NCBI GenBank assembly: GCA_910578245.1
Contig: CAJTPC010000005.1
Coordinates: 2,850-66,849 of the forward strand
Reading direction: 5' to 3'
DNA: 64,000 nt
DNA from: an uncultured Christensenella sp.
GTDB taxonomy: Bacteria > Bacillota > Clostridia > Christensenellales > UBA3700
Part shown: positions 36,589 to 45,173 of the stretch, in pieces
Layout: each line of letters begins with the position of its first letter
Numbering within the stretch: the stretch's first letter is position 1
Made by a program: the position numbers and the translations under genes
The notes under the pieces: generated by a model
What the model saw: only the letters and a program-made list of their open reading frames with translations
What the model was told of the DNA's origin: nothing
Databases searched by the model: none

Positions 36589-37515
36589 TTAAGTTGAAAT
36601 AATTCTCTCGACGCCTATATCGTAATAAAAACTCATTACTTCGCCGTCGCCTACTTCGTCTTTATCGCTAACCTCGCCCAATCTTTTGATTGCAAAACAT
36701 ACCCTTTTGCCAACGTAAATATCGCTTATGGGTTGGGATACAGCAAATTGCTCTGCGCATATATTGGCAAAGTAATTATTATCATTCTTGACAAGTTCTC
36801 CGATATGCAATTCATAACCTGCCAAAATCGCGCTCTGCATATTTATCGGCTTCGCGACTATCTCCTCAAATGATAACGTCGGAGCTACTTCCCTGTCTGC
36901 CAAAACTAGAATTCTATCAAGTGATACCCGCTTGGCTAAAATTCTATCGTCCGTCGCAACGACAACGCTTCTATCTTTGACATTCTCTATCAAAAAGTCC
37001 TCTACAAGACGCTTTTCTTCTTCAGGCAGGTCTTTCCATACGTCGTCTACTAGATACAGCCGTCTGTCTACAGAAAAAAGCCTAGCCAGTATAAGCATAG
37101 TTACTTGCAAATCGCTTAAATCTTTGACTTGCGCTTGCATCGGCAAATTACACCTTTCAGCCATTGCTCTAAGATAGCTGTCAATACGATTCTGCGATAT
37201 TCCCCTCAACTTCATAGGCAAACTTATTATATCGCCCGCCAAAGACTTTCCGTCCAAGATACTCTTATCAAAGGAAAAACCAATGTCCATATCTTTTTGC
37301 GATAGTTTATTTAGTTCTATACCGTCAAGTAACGCGTTGCCCTTAGCGTAATCTTCAAGTCCGCACAGCGCTCTCAAAAGCGTGGTCTTGCCTGAATTTT
37401 CCCGTCCGTAAATTACAAGACTCTCTCCCTTATTCAAAGACAAATTGACGCCGTTAAGCTCAAAACTTGAGCCATAGTATCTAATGTCAAAGTCTTTTAC
37501 TTCAAGCAATGCCAT
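36589..37515 (-). CDS. Orphan MalK/UgpC-like ABC ATPase homolog with degenerate catalytic motifs
   Basis: Walker A is retained (GRENSGKT). The signature is LSDLQ rather than LSGGQ, Walker B is LYLVDDV with no catalytic Glu, and the H-loop position is VATDD with no His. The C-terminus is MalK-like. There is no SD. Confidence 0.7.
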   Translation of the reverse strand: MALLEVKDFDIRYYGSSFELNGVNLSLNKGESLVIYGRENSGKTTLLRALCGLEDYAKGNALLDGIELNKLSQKDMDIGFSFDKSILDGKSLAGDIISLPMKLRGISQNRIDSYLRAMAERCNLPMQAQVKDLSDLQVTMLILARLFSVDRRLYLVDDVWKDLPEEEKRLVEDFLIENVKDRSVVVATDDRILAKRVSLDRILVLADREVAPTLSFEEIVAKPINMQSAILAGYELHIGELVKNDNNYFANICAEQFAVSQPISDIYVGKRVCFAIKRLGEVSDKDEVGDGEVMSFYYDIGVERIIST

Positions 37516-37521
37516 ATTTAT

Positions 37522-37550
37522 ATTATATTACTGCATTAGAGAAATTACAA
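37522..37550 (-). promoter_or_regulatory. Candidate promoter giving a leaderless mRNA for the degenerate ABC gene
   Basis: Minus strand TTGTAA, 17 nt spacer, TATAAT. The TATAAT ends 6 nt before the ATG at 37515. Confidence 0.4.
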
Positions 37551-37590
37551 GTAAAAAAATTTCAAAGTGTCGTAATTTATTGAAAAATAG

Positions 37591-37631
37591 TTGAACAATG
37601 TTCAATATGAAATTTATTGAACAATGTTCAG
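37591..37631. promoter_or_regulatory. Two tandem palindromes TTGAACA-A-TGTTCA(A)
   Basis: Copies at 37591-37605 and 37617-37630, with centres 26 bp apart. Each is preceded by AATTTATTGAA. Confidence 0.5.
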
Positions 37632-37640
37632 TATTGATGA

Positions 37641-38303
37641 TTATAACAATTCTCGATAACTTTTGATATAATATCGACACATATCGGCAAAATTTGTATT
37701 ACCATTGGAACTCTCATCATATACTCCGCAAAATTCAAAGCCACCTTTTTTTACGCCTTGCATCGCCAACGGAATATCTTCAAAGACCATACAATCTCTC
37801 GGAGCGACATCGATTTTACTAGAAGCAAGCAAGTAAATATCAGGATAACCTTTGCCGCGCTCTACTTCGTCAGCCGTTGTCAAAGGACATTCTACTCCCA
37901 AAAATTCGGCAGTTAACCTATTATTGACAAGACACGGTATTGCAACTTTTCTAAAAAGCGTAGATGCAAACGCAACTTTTACTCCCGCGTTTAGCAATTT
38001 GCAAATAAAGTCATACGCTCCGTCCTTTAGTTTTATATTATGAGCGTACTCGTCTGCTACCATTTCTATCCACTTGTCTTTGATTTGCTCCACGCTTTGC
38101 TCAAGACCATACCTAGTCTTGGTGTATAACGCCGCCTCATTAAAGTGCATTTGATGTACAACTTGAGTATAATCTTCCGTGAGCTCGATACCGTTTCCCG
38201 CCAAAAAATCTTTATCTACCTTAAGCCACACCCAAGAAGAATCTAAAAGCGTGCCGTCAAGGTCGAATATTGCGCCTAATATTTCTTTGTCAAAAATTTT
38301 CAT
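37641..38303 (-). CDS. HAD-family hydrolase (beta-phosphoglucomutase-like subfamily)
   Basis: 220 aa with motif I AIFDLDGTLLDS and a C-terminal FEDIPLAMQG. Confidence 0.85.
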   Translation of the reverse strand: MKIFDKEILGAIFDLDGTLLDSSWVWLKVDKDFLAGNGIELTEDYTQVVHQMHFNEAALYTKTRYGLEQSVEQIKDKWIEMVADEYAHNIKLKDGAYDFICKLLNAGVKVAFASTLFRKVAIPCLVNNRLTAEFLGVECPLTTADEVERGKGYPDIYLLASSKIDVAPRDCMVFEDIPLAMQGVKKGGFEFCGVYDESSNGNTNFADMCRYYIKSYRELL

Positions 38304-38383
38304 AGTTTTCCCTACAGATTTTAATTTTATTAGATTACTGTAATAAGTTACGTTATAATACGCGTCCTATCTAATAATATAAC

Positions 38384-38416
38384 ATAAAATAGCCCCTTTG
38401 ACTATATTCGGGGCTA
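38384..38416 (-). terminator. Intrinsic terminator after pgi
   Basis: Minus RNA UAGCCCC-N13-GGGGCUA followed by UUUUAU. Confidence 0.65.
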
Positions 38417-38532
38417 TATTTAATTATATTTCTATTCTTCTTAAAAAATTCTGTAGACAAGCGAGTTGGTAAATACAAATATCAAAAATACTATATTTAT
38501 TTAACTTGCCTCGCTTATCTCCAACATTTATA

Positions 38533-39954
38533 TTAGATTATATACTTGTTTTGCTTTTGAGGAGCATTGGCAAGCTCCTTTCTCTTTTCGTCATATCCCG
38601 GTCTGCCGAGAAGCGCGTAAGTTGCGTTCTTGCCCTCTTCTACGCCCGGCTGGTTAAAGGTGTCGATATTGAGCAAAGCGCCTGCATAAGCGGTCTGCAA
38701 CATAAAATACATAAGTAGCTGACCTAAAGTAAATGCATTGAGAGTCGGCAACATAATAGTATAGTTGAGTTTGCCGGCTTTGGTCACAGCATACTCGGTA
38801 GCCATACGCTCGGCTTGAATAAGTTCGTTCATAGTATGTCCGCATAGGAAGTTTACGTTGGGATACTCTTCGCAACCCTTTGGAATTTCTACCGTAGTAC
38901 GATATTCGTCTACGCCTATGAACGTAATAACTTTATCAAAAGGTCCTTCTGCATACAACTGCACTTGCGAGTGTTGGTCGGTTACGCCAAGCGCTTTTAC
39001 AGGAGTCTGTCCTACATGACAGCTCTTTCCGCTTAGAGTAACGTTCTTACCAAGCGATTCCGCCCAAAGTTGAGCGTACCAATCGGCTATAAACTTTAAG
39101 CCGTCTGCATATGGCATCATTACGCCTATATTCTTTCCATTCTTCATTGACAAATGTTGAAGAACTGCGGACATAAGAGCCGAATTCTTCTTAAGATTGT
39201 CGTCTTTACATTCCTCAAGCATGAATTTTGCGCCCAACAACAATCCCTTGATGTCGATATCTACGACAGCCGCAGGCAACAAACCTACCGGACAAAGTTC
39301 GCTAAATCTTCCGCCTACGCCGTCTGGAATATAGAAAGTCTTATATCCTTCTTTTTCCGCAATCTTTATAAGATTGCCTGCGCTTTTAGAAGTGGTAGCA
39401 ATGATATGATCCTTTGCCTTATCGCCGAGCTTTTGCTTCAAAATGTTGTTGATTATAAGATATTGAGTCATTGTTTCGGAAGTAGAACCGGACTTTGTTA
39501 CTACATTAAACATGGTCTTTTCCACATCGATTATATCAAGCAACGCTTCCATTCTCTCAGGGTCAACGTTGTCCTCAACAAAGAACTTAGGTCCTTTTCT
39601 AATACGTCTTGGCAAGTCATTGTAATGCAAATGGCACAATGCTTGGAAAGTTGCAATAGGTCCAAGCGCGCTACCGCCGATACCCAATACTACAAAATAT
39701 TCAAAATTTTTGCGAATACTCTTTGCTGTTTCGAGAATATCCTCGACAATTTCGTCTTGATTGTAAGGCAAATCTGCCCATCCCATCATTCCTTTGCCTT
39801 TGCCTTCTTCAACAGACTTGAAGGCTTTTTTCACATCTCTGCAAAAACTTGGGGACTTGAAGTCCTCTTCTTTAATTCCGTCTTTGCCAATAACGGACGA
39901 CATCATATTGTTGTAATCCAATCTGATCTTCATACTCTTTTTATTATAACGCAT
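38533..39954 (-). CDS. pgi: Glucose-6-phosphate isomerase
   Basis: 473 aa, Bacillus-type PGI (VVLGIGGSALGP and other SIS/PGI motifs). AGGAG lies 7 nt upstream. Confidence 0.92.
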   Translation of the reverse strand: MRYNKKSMKIRLDYNNMMSSVIGKDGIKEEDFKSPSFCRDVKKAFKSVEEGKGKGMMGWADLPYNQDEIVEDILETAKSIRKNFEYFVVLGIGGSALGPIATFQALCHLHYNDLPRRIRKGPKFFVEDNVDPERMEALLDIIDVEKTMFNVVTKSGSTSETMTQYLIINNILKQKLGDKAKDHIIATTSKSAGNLIKIAEKEGYKTFYIPDGVGGRFSELCPVGLLPAAVVDIDIKGLLLGAKFMLEECKDDNLKKNSALMSAVLQHLSMKNGKNIGVMMPYADGLKFIADWYAQLWAESLGKNVTLSGKSCHVGQTPVKALGVTDQHSQVQLYAEGPFDKVITFIGVDEYRTTVEIPKGCEEYPNVNFLCGHTMNELIQAERMATEYAVTKAGKLNYTIMLPTLNAFTLGQLLMYFMLQTAYAGALLNIDTFNQPGVEEGKNATYALLGRPGYDEKRKELANAPQKQNKYII

Positions 39955-39997
39955 AAATATACTCCTGTTGACCTTACGGTCCGTATTATTGTATTTA

Positions 39998-40810
39998 TTA
40001 TTTTGCTCTTTCCAAGCAATCCAAAAGATACCCGTACGCCTCTTTCAAATCATCATCGTCATTATAATCCTTGGCATACAGTTCCATAAGGCATACTCCA
40101 TCGTAACCGCTATCTGCAAGTCTTTTGAAAAACGTGACAAAATCAAAGTTCCCTCGACCGGGTATTGCCAATTTCCCGTCATGCGTATAGTCGCAAAGAT
40201 GCACTGTAGAAAGCCTATCTTTCATTACGGCAAGATACTCTGTATAATCAATTCCCGACTGCATTGCTTGTTTTATGTCCAAAGTACATCTTAGCCTCGG
40301 ACACAGCTCTTTGAGTATGGCAAAATACTGCGGAGTAGAAAAATAAGTCCAATGCACGTTCTCATAGCAAAAATCTATACCGTAACCACTTGCCATATCA
40401 ATTAGATTATCTACCCTTGAAGATATCCTATTAAAATCAAAGTTATACTTGACAGCCTTCTTGAGCATTGTCGCTCCGTGAAAAGTATAGTGTCTTGCGC
40501 CTATCTGCTTGCCTACTTTCAATACGCTTTCATAAGTATCAAGCGCATCCGCATACGCTCTGTCGTTGACAGAAAAAAGCTCCGGCTCAAATTGATTTGT
40601 CAACGCATGCACAGAATGAACTTGCAAAGGCGCGTACCGTCTTGCTATCTCAAGACTTCTATTCAACGTATCTCCAAATTCTTGCGTATATTCGCATCTT
40701 GACGCAAAGAATACTTCGCACGTATCCGCGCCTAACTTCGCTATGGGCAGTAGCGTTTCTTCAGTGTACATTCTGGAAAAATACGTTGCCGTCGACACTC
40801 CGATTTTCAT
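39998..40810 (-). CDS. Sugar phosphate isomerase/epimerase (xylose isomerase-like TIM barrel)
   Basis: 270 aa, AP_endonuc_2-like pattern (YTFHG..., YENVHW, LCDY). Confidence 0.75.
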   Translation of the reverse strand: MKIGVSTATYFSRMYTEETLLPIAKLGADTCEVFFASRCEYTQEFGDTLNRSLEIARRYAPLQVHSVHALTNQFEPELFSVNDRAYADALDTYESVLKVGKQIGARHYTFHGATMLKKAVKYNFDFNRISSRVDNLIDMASGYGIDFCYENVHWTYFSTPQYFAILKELCPRLRCTLDIKQAMQSGIDYTEYLAVMKDRLSTVHLCDYTHDGKLAIPGRGNFDFVTFFKRLADSGYDGVCLMELYAKDYNDDDDLKEAYGYLLDCLERAK

Positions 40811-40913
40811 AATAGCATAATAGCAAAAACGTGCCGTTTTGTAAAACGATTTTGCAACGATTTTACGGTTTTTTCAAAAAATACCGCTTTTGGCAAAAGT
40901 CAATACGTAAAAT

Positions 40914-40927
40914 CCAACATATGTTGG
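40914..40927. promoter_or_regulatory. Perfect 14-bp palindrome CCAACATATGTTGG
   Basis: Lies in the divergent intergenic region between the isomerase and MMPL genes. Confidence 0.4.
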
Positions 40928-41030
40928 GAAATTTGTTCATTATATTTTACATATATTCCGCCTAATATTATTGAAAAAAATTAGATATTTTGATATATTA
41001 TATATGAATAAAAATTTTAGGAGTTTTGCT

Positions 41031-43829
41031 ATGCAAAAATTATCAAAATGGATAATGAACCATAGAAAGGTGATAATCATTACTTTCGTAGTTTTGATGG
41101 TGCTTTCTGTAGTCGGATTAATTTTTGTCCAAAAAGAAAGCGACTTAATTACCTATCTTGACAAAAACAGCGATACTATAATATCAAAAAGTATTTTGGA
41201 AGACGAGTACAATATTATTGGCGACTGCAACGTTGCAATCTCTTATGCAACCCAAGATGACGTCAAGAAAATTGTAAGCCAAATTCAGTGGGCAATCGGA
41301 CGAGAATTGGGTAACGACGTCCTTTCTAAAGTCGTTTGGCTCGGTACTTTTAGCGAACTGGAAAGCAACGACATGATTGGCGAATTGGTAGACACCGAAC
41401 AAGCTCTCGCCAACATAAAAGAAAAGTTTGTCAAGACGACTACTTATACATATACCACAACTACGGCGGAAGGCAAAATCGAAAAGAAAGACGTGGACGT
41501 AACTACATATATTATTGCCTTGTACTTTCAGACTGCCGGAGGCGATCAAGAAACCATTGACGCTTTGGACTTAATTGACAAGGTCATTCACGGAGAATAT
41601 ACGGACAACATTAGTTATATTCAAAGACATATCGACGCTAAGGACGGAATAGGACCTGATAACATCAACGATTGGTACTACATAGGCGGTAATGCGCAAA
41701 ACGCCCGCAATATTCTAAAATCATCACTTGGCGACATGCCTAAGTTTATACTCGTAGCGGTAGCCGTGTGTTTGGTAATCTTGCTACTTACTACGCAAAG
41801 TTATTTAGAACCGCTCATATTCCTAGCAACGCTCGGCGTATCAATTCTTCTCAATATGGGTACGAATATCATTGCCGGAAATCCTGTCGGTAAAATTTCG
41901 TCAATTACGTCTTCTTGCGCTACTATATTGCAACTTGCAATAGCGATGGACTACTCTATCTTCTTAATGCACACCTATTATGAAGAATTAAAGTTGCATC
42001 CGCAACCTAAAGACGCGCTTATCGCAGCTTTGCCGAAAACCATATCGGCAATATCTGCAAGTATGCTTACTACGGTGGGCGGATTCCTTGCGCTGTTCTT
42101 TATGGACTACGGAATAGGTTACGACCTAGGCTTCGTATTGGCTAAGGGCGTAATACTCTCCTTACTATCGACAGTATTCTTGCAACCTATACTTATATTG
42201 ATATTGAGTAAAGGTATCAAAAAAACAAAACACAAGTGGATATTTGCTCCAAAACTCAAATTTGTATCAAAGGGAATCACTCACCCTGCGGTTGCGGCTA
42301 TCGTAGTCGTACTTGTGCTAGGCTTGGCGCTACCTTGCGCTTACTTCCAGCTTCAAGTTCCGTTGAGTTACGTAGCTACTTCGGTGGATAACCCCAATCC
42401 AAACTTACCCGAACAAATGGCAAGTTCTATTAACAACCAAGCTATAGTAATTATCCCCTATGACGGTCCGGAGAGTTACGATAAGCACTTGGCTTTTGTA
42501 AAAAACGTAAAGAAAATAGGCTACGTTCTTGATGACAATGGCAATATTGTCTACGATGAAAACGGCAACGCAAAAGTATCAAAGGATACCAGTCACGTAA
42601 TCGAAGTTTTCTCTTTGGCAACTATACTTACTAAAGAAGATTTCGATAACGTAGAGCAAAGCCCAATAAAAAGCGAAATCTATAAACGATTGCACAACAA
42701 TTTCATACGAACAGCCGATGACGGAAAGTCGTATATGCTTTATACGATTACGCTTAATAATACCAATGACGAGGGCAAAGTAACAAATAGAATAGAGTCT
42801 GATTATTCCTATAACGCGCTTAGAGAAATTAAACTTGTCGCTATGGAATCTTTTGAGAAAAACGCAGACCAAGCGTACCGCAATTACGTTGAAGCCAAAG
42901 AAATTATGGCAAGCCACGATGAATCATCTAAAGAATATAAATCGGCTTTGATTACCGTCAATGACTTCAAAGACCACTTAATGAACAACTCGACAAATTA
43001 TGGTATCTACTTGACAGGTCTTGCTCAAGGTTCATATGAGTTGGCAGAAGTTACGCCAAACGACTTCTTGCTTGTAACTCTGCTGTCGGCAATTATAGTA
43101 CTGTTGATACTCCTCTTTACTTTCAAGAACTTCAAGCTATCGCTTATACTGATGCTTGTAATTGAATCGGGTATTTGGATAAACTTGTCTATCGTATACT
43201 TTACGTCGCTTGTAAATCCGGCGTACACGATAAATTTCGTCGCATATCTAATAGTAACGGCTATAGAACTTGGCGCAACAGTAGACTACGCTATTATGTT
43301 GACAACAAAATATCTCGAAGAAAAGAAGTCGGGCGTCAAGTCTATCCAATCTATCAAAAATGCTATCAATAGAGCCGCGCCGAGCGTAACAACGTCGGCA
43401 TTGATACTCATGGGCGTATGCGCTTTGGTACACCTAATAACTACGAATATGATAGTGGGTCAAATTACAAGATTGCTTGCAATAGGTACCGCAATGAGTT
43501 ACGTTTTCGTATTCACACTGCTCCCTGCCATACTCTCCTTTGACGAAAGAATTAAACGCGCAATCAGTATTAAAAAAGGAAAAGGCGATCCGGACAAAGG
43601 CAGATTGATGTACAATCCCAATTATTACAACCAAGACGGCACACTACTCCCTGAAATCATAGCGTCTGATGAAAGCGCAGTCATTGAAGAAAAAGTAAAT
43701 GATGCAAGCGACTCTTCTGAAAGTAAAAATGTCCAAAAAAACGACGACGTAGTCAATGACGAAATAACGGCGGTTGTTGCTGAAAGTACGGATAACACAG
43801 ACAGCGATAAAAAATCTATCGAAGAATAA
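41031..43829 (+). CDS. MMPL/RND-superfamily membrane transporter
   Basis: About 932 aa from ATG 41031 (MQKLSKWIMNHRKV), 8 nt after TAGGAG. Two 5-6-TM blocks follow large extracytoplasmic segments, and the C-terminal tail is acidic. The track TTG start at 40971 lacks an SD. Confidence 0.8.
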   Translation: MQKLSKWIMNHRKVIIITFVVLMVLSVVGLIFVQKESDLITYLDKNSDTIISKSILEDEYNIIGDCNVAISYATQDDVKKIVSQIQWAIGRELGNDVLSKVVWLGTFSELESNDMIGELVDTEQALANIKEKFVKTTTYTYTTTTAEGKIEKKDVDVTTYIIALYFQTAGGDQETIDALDLIDKVIHGEYTDNISYIQRHIDAKDGIGPDNINDWYYIGGNAQNARNILKSSLGDMPKFILVAVAVCLVILLLTTQSYLEPLIFLATLGVSILLNMGTNIIAGNPVGKISSITSSCATILQLAIAMDYSIFLMHTYYEELKLHPQPKDALIAALPKTISAISASMLTTVGGFLALFFMDYGIGYDLGFVLAKGVILSLLSTVFLQPILILILSKGIKKTKHKWIFAPKLKFVSKGITHPAVAAIVVVLVLGLALPCAYFQLQVPLSYVATSVDNPNPNLPEQMASSINNQAIVIIPYDGPESYDKHLAFVKNVKKIGYVLDDNGNIVYDENGNAKVSKDTSHVIEVFSLATILTKEDFDNVEQSPIKSEIYKRLHNNFIRTADDGKSYMLYTITLNNTNDEGKVTNRIESDYSYNALREIKLVAMESFEKNADQAYRNYVEAKEIMASHDESSKEYKSALITVNDFKDHLMNNSTNYGIYLTGLAQGSYELAEVTPNDFLLVTLLSAIIVLLILLFTFKNFKLSLILMLVIESGIWINLSIVYFTSLVNPAYTINFVAYLIVTAIELGATVDYAIMLTTKYLEEKKSGVKSIQSIKNAINRAAPSVTTSALILMGVCALVHLITTNMIVGQITRLLAIGTAMSYVFVFTLLPAILSFDERIKRAISIKKGKGDPDKGRLMYNPNYYNQDGTLLPEIIASDESAVIEEKVNDASDSSESKNVQKNDDVVNDEITAVVAESTDNTDSDKKSIEE

Positions 43830-43843
43830 AAATGTAAAATTAT

Positions 43844-43876
43844 AAAAGCCACCCAATCACGGGTGGCTTTTGTTTT
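43844..43876. terminator. Bidirectional terminator
   Basis: AAAAGCCACCC-AATCAC-GGGTGGCTTTT between convergent genes. Confidence 0.8.
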
Positions 43877-43900
43877 CTATAAATATTCATTTGTCAACTT

Positions 43901-44752
43901 TTACTCTTCGCTTGGAAAATACTTTGCGCAAAGAGATATCCATTCTTGCTCGTCAATCGTATATTTTTGCTCCGTCAAATACTTATAGTCATTGACTTGC
44001 ATACCGTCAAATTGATTACTAATCAATTCAAAACAGTTCTTTACAACTTCTGCGTTACGAGAAATATATCCCTCTCCTTCTTTAGCAGAACAGTATATCT
44101 CACTGTAATTATTTTGCGGATCATAATCAAGATAAACGAATTGCTTTTGGTCATTGCCGTATCTATAACCCATTCTACCGTCTTCCCAAACGAGAAGCAT
44201 TAAGAATTTGTAATTATCTTTAGACGTATAATCTAAATAAATGACCGCTGAATAAGCGCAATCATCTTCCAATGCAGGAGAATATGAGTTTACGGTGGTA
44301 ACAGTCCCCGATTGCTTGAACTCCATATACGTCTTCCAACTGCAGTCAACTAGCACTGAAGTATTATACATGGTATTTGAATTGTGATTATTGACCATTC
44401 CATCGCCCACTATCAATGGAATATACAGCGATTGCTCGTACATCTCTTGTCGCGCCATCTCTACTCCTTTTGAATCGCTTTTAACTTCGACGTCGCCTAT
44501 TACTATTTCATTGATTTGGTCAACACTGCTCGTTGAGATGTCCTTTGCCATGGGACTTACCGTCGTATTGACAGACTCGTAGGACTTGACTTCAACAACG
44601 TTTACCCCATTGTCTTTCAATACATTGACGACTTTTTGCTTAAACGCATTAAATTCTTCTGCGCCGGAAGGCTTTGAGCAACCCACAAAAGAAAATGCGC
44701 AAATTAGTACGCAAAGCGCTAGCGCAAGCGTAACAATCAACTTCTTTTTCAT
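43901..44752 (-). CDS. Hypothetical lipoprotein
   Basis: 283 aa with a signal peptide and lipobox (FSFVGC). No family recognised. Confidence 0.6.
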   Translation of the reverse strand: MKKKLIVTLALALCVLICAFSFVGCSKPSGAEEFNAFKQKVVNVLKDNGVNVVEVKSYESVNTTVSPMAKDISTSSVDQINEIVIGDVEVKSDSKGVEMARQEMYEQSLYIPLIVGDGMVNNHNSNTMYNTSVLVDCSWKTYMEFKQSGTVTTVNSYSPALEDDCAYSAVIYLDYTSKDNYKFLMLLVWEDGRMGYRYGNDQKQFVYLDYDPQNNYSEIYCSAKEGEGYISRNAEVVKNCFELISNQFDGMQVNDYKYLTEQKYTIDEQEWISLCAKYFPSEE

Positions 44753-44862
44753 ATTTATCCTCCATTAAAGTTTTTTTGTTTATTTAATTAAAAATCGCAC
44801 AATATACGATTGTCAAGTAAAATATCTCGCATTGTGCAATTATGTTATAGAGGTATACTATT

Positions 44863-45075
44863 ATGACATTGAAAAATATACAATTACGATTAAGAGAGGC
44901 AATCAAGCAAAGCGGTATTCCGCAGAAAATGATAGCAAAAGAAATAGGCGTATCAGCGCAAACTGTATCAGAATACATGCGCGAAGACGTATTTCCTGCG
45001 TTGGATACGCTAGCAAAGCTATGCAAATTTTTAGACGTTAAGTCAGATTATATACTTGGAATTTCGTCAGATTAA
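44863..45075 (+). CDS. XRE-family HTH transcriptional regulator
   Basis: 70 aa with LREAIKQSGIPQKMIAKEIGVSAQTVSEYMRE. AGAGGT SD. Confidence 0.8.
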   Translation: MTLKNIQLRLREAIKQSGIPQKMIAKEIGVSAQTVSEYMREDVFPALDTLAKLCKFLDVKSDYILGISSD

Positions 45076-45112
45076 CGACTTTATTTACTCTAAAATCCCC
45101 CATAATATGGTG

Positions 45113-45152
45113 AAAAAAAGGCGCCTATCACTTGGATAGACGCCTTATTTTT
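45113..45152. terminator. Bidirectional terminator
   Basis: A-run, then AGGCGCCTATC-ACTTG-GATAGACGCCT, then TATTTTT, between convergent genes. Confidence 0.7.
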
Positions 45153-45173
45153 ATCATATTATGAATTATATAA

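Noticed and set aside
37591-37631. Considered the TTGAACAATGTTCAA palindromes as LexA (Cheo box) or CcpA cre sites.
   Set aside because: The half-sites are GAAC-N3-GTTC, not the N4 spacing of the Bacillus SOS box. The centre lacks the CG core of cre (TGWAANCGNTNWCA).
39154-40089. A 311-aa + strand ORF. Other long ORFs antisense to strong genes fall in the same class: 18073-18774, 27048-27704, 52768-53400, 331-906, 58453-58983 and 1437-1952.
   Set aside because: Each lies entirely opposite a confidently identified gene (pgi, thrS, CNNM, yqfD, pnp, the PTS-like gene). Their compositions are odd (Leu/Ser/Cys/Arg-rich), they lack an SD, and I recognise no homology. They are shadow ORFs typical of AT-rich genomes.
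40971-41030. N-terminal extensions in the ORF track that begin at TTG: MMPL 40971, pnp 2495, ileS 26615, ppdK 47855, hemW 62264, the binding protein 34419, and the ACT-like gene 34874.
   Set aside because: In each case the extension starts inside or upstream of a strong SD that is correctly spaced for a downstream ATG, or inside a repeat or terminator. The shorter N-terminus also matches the family's usual start.
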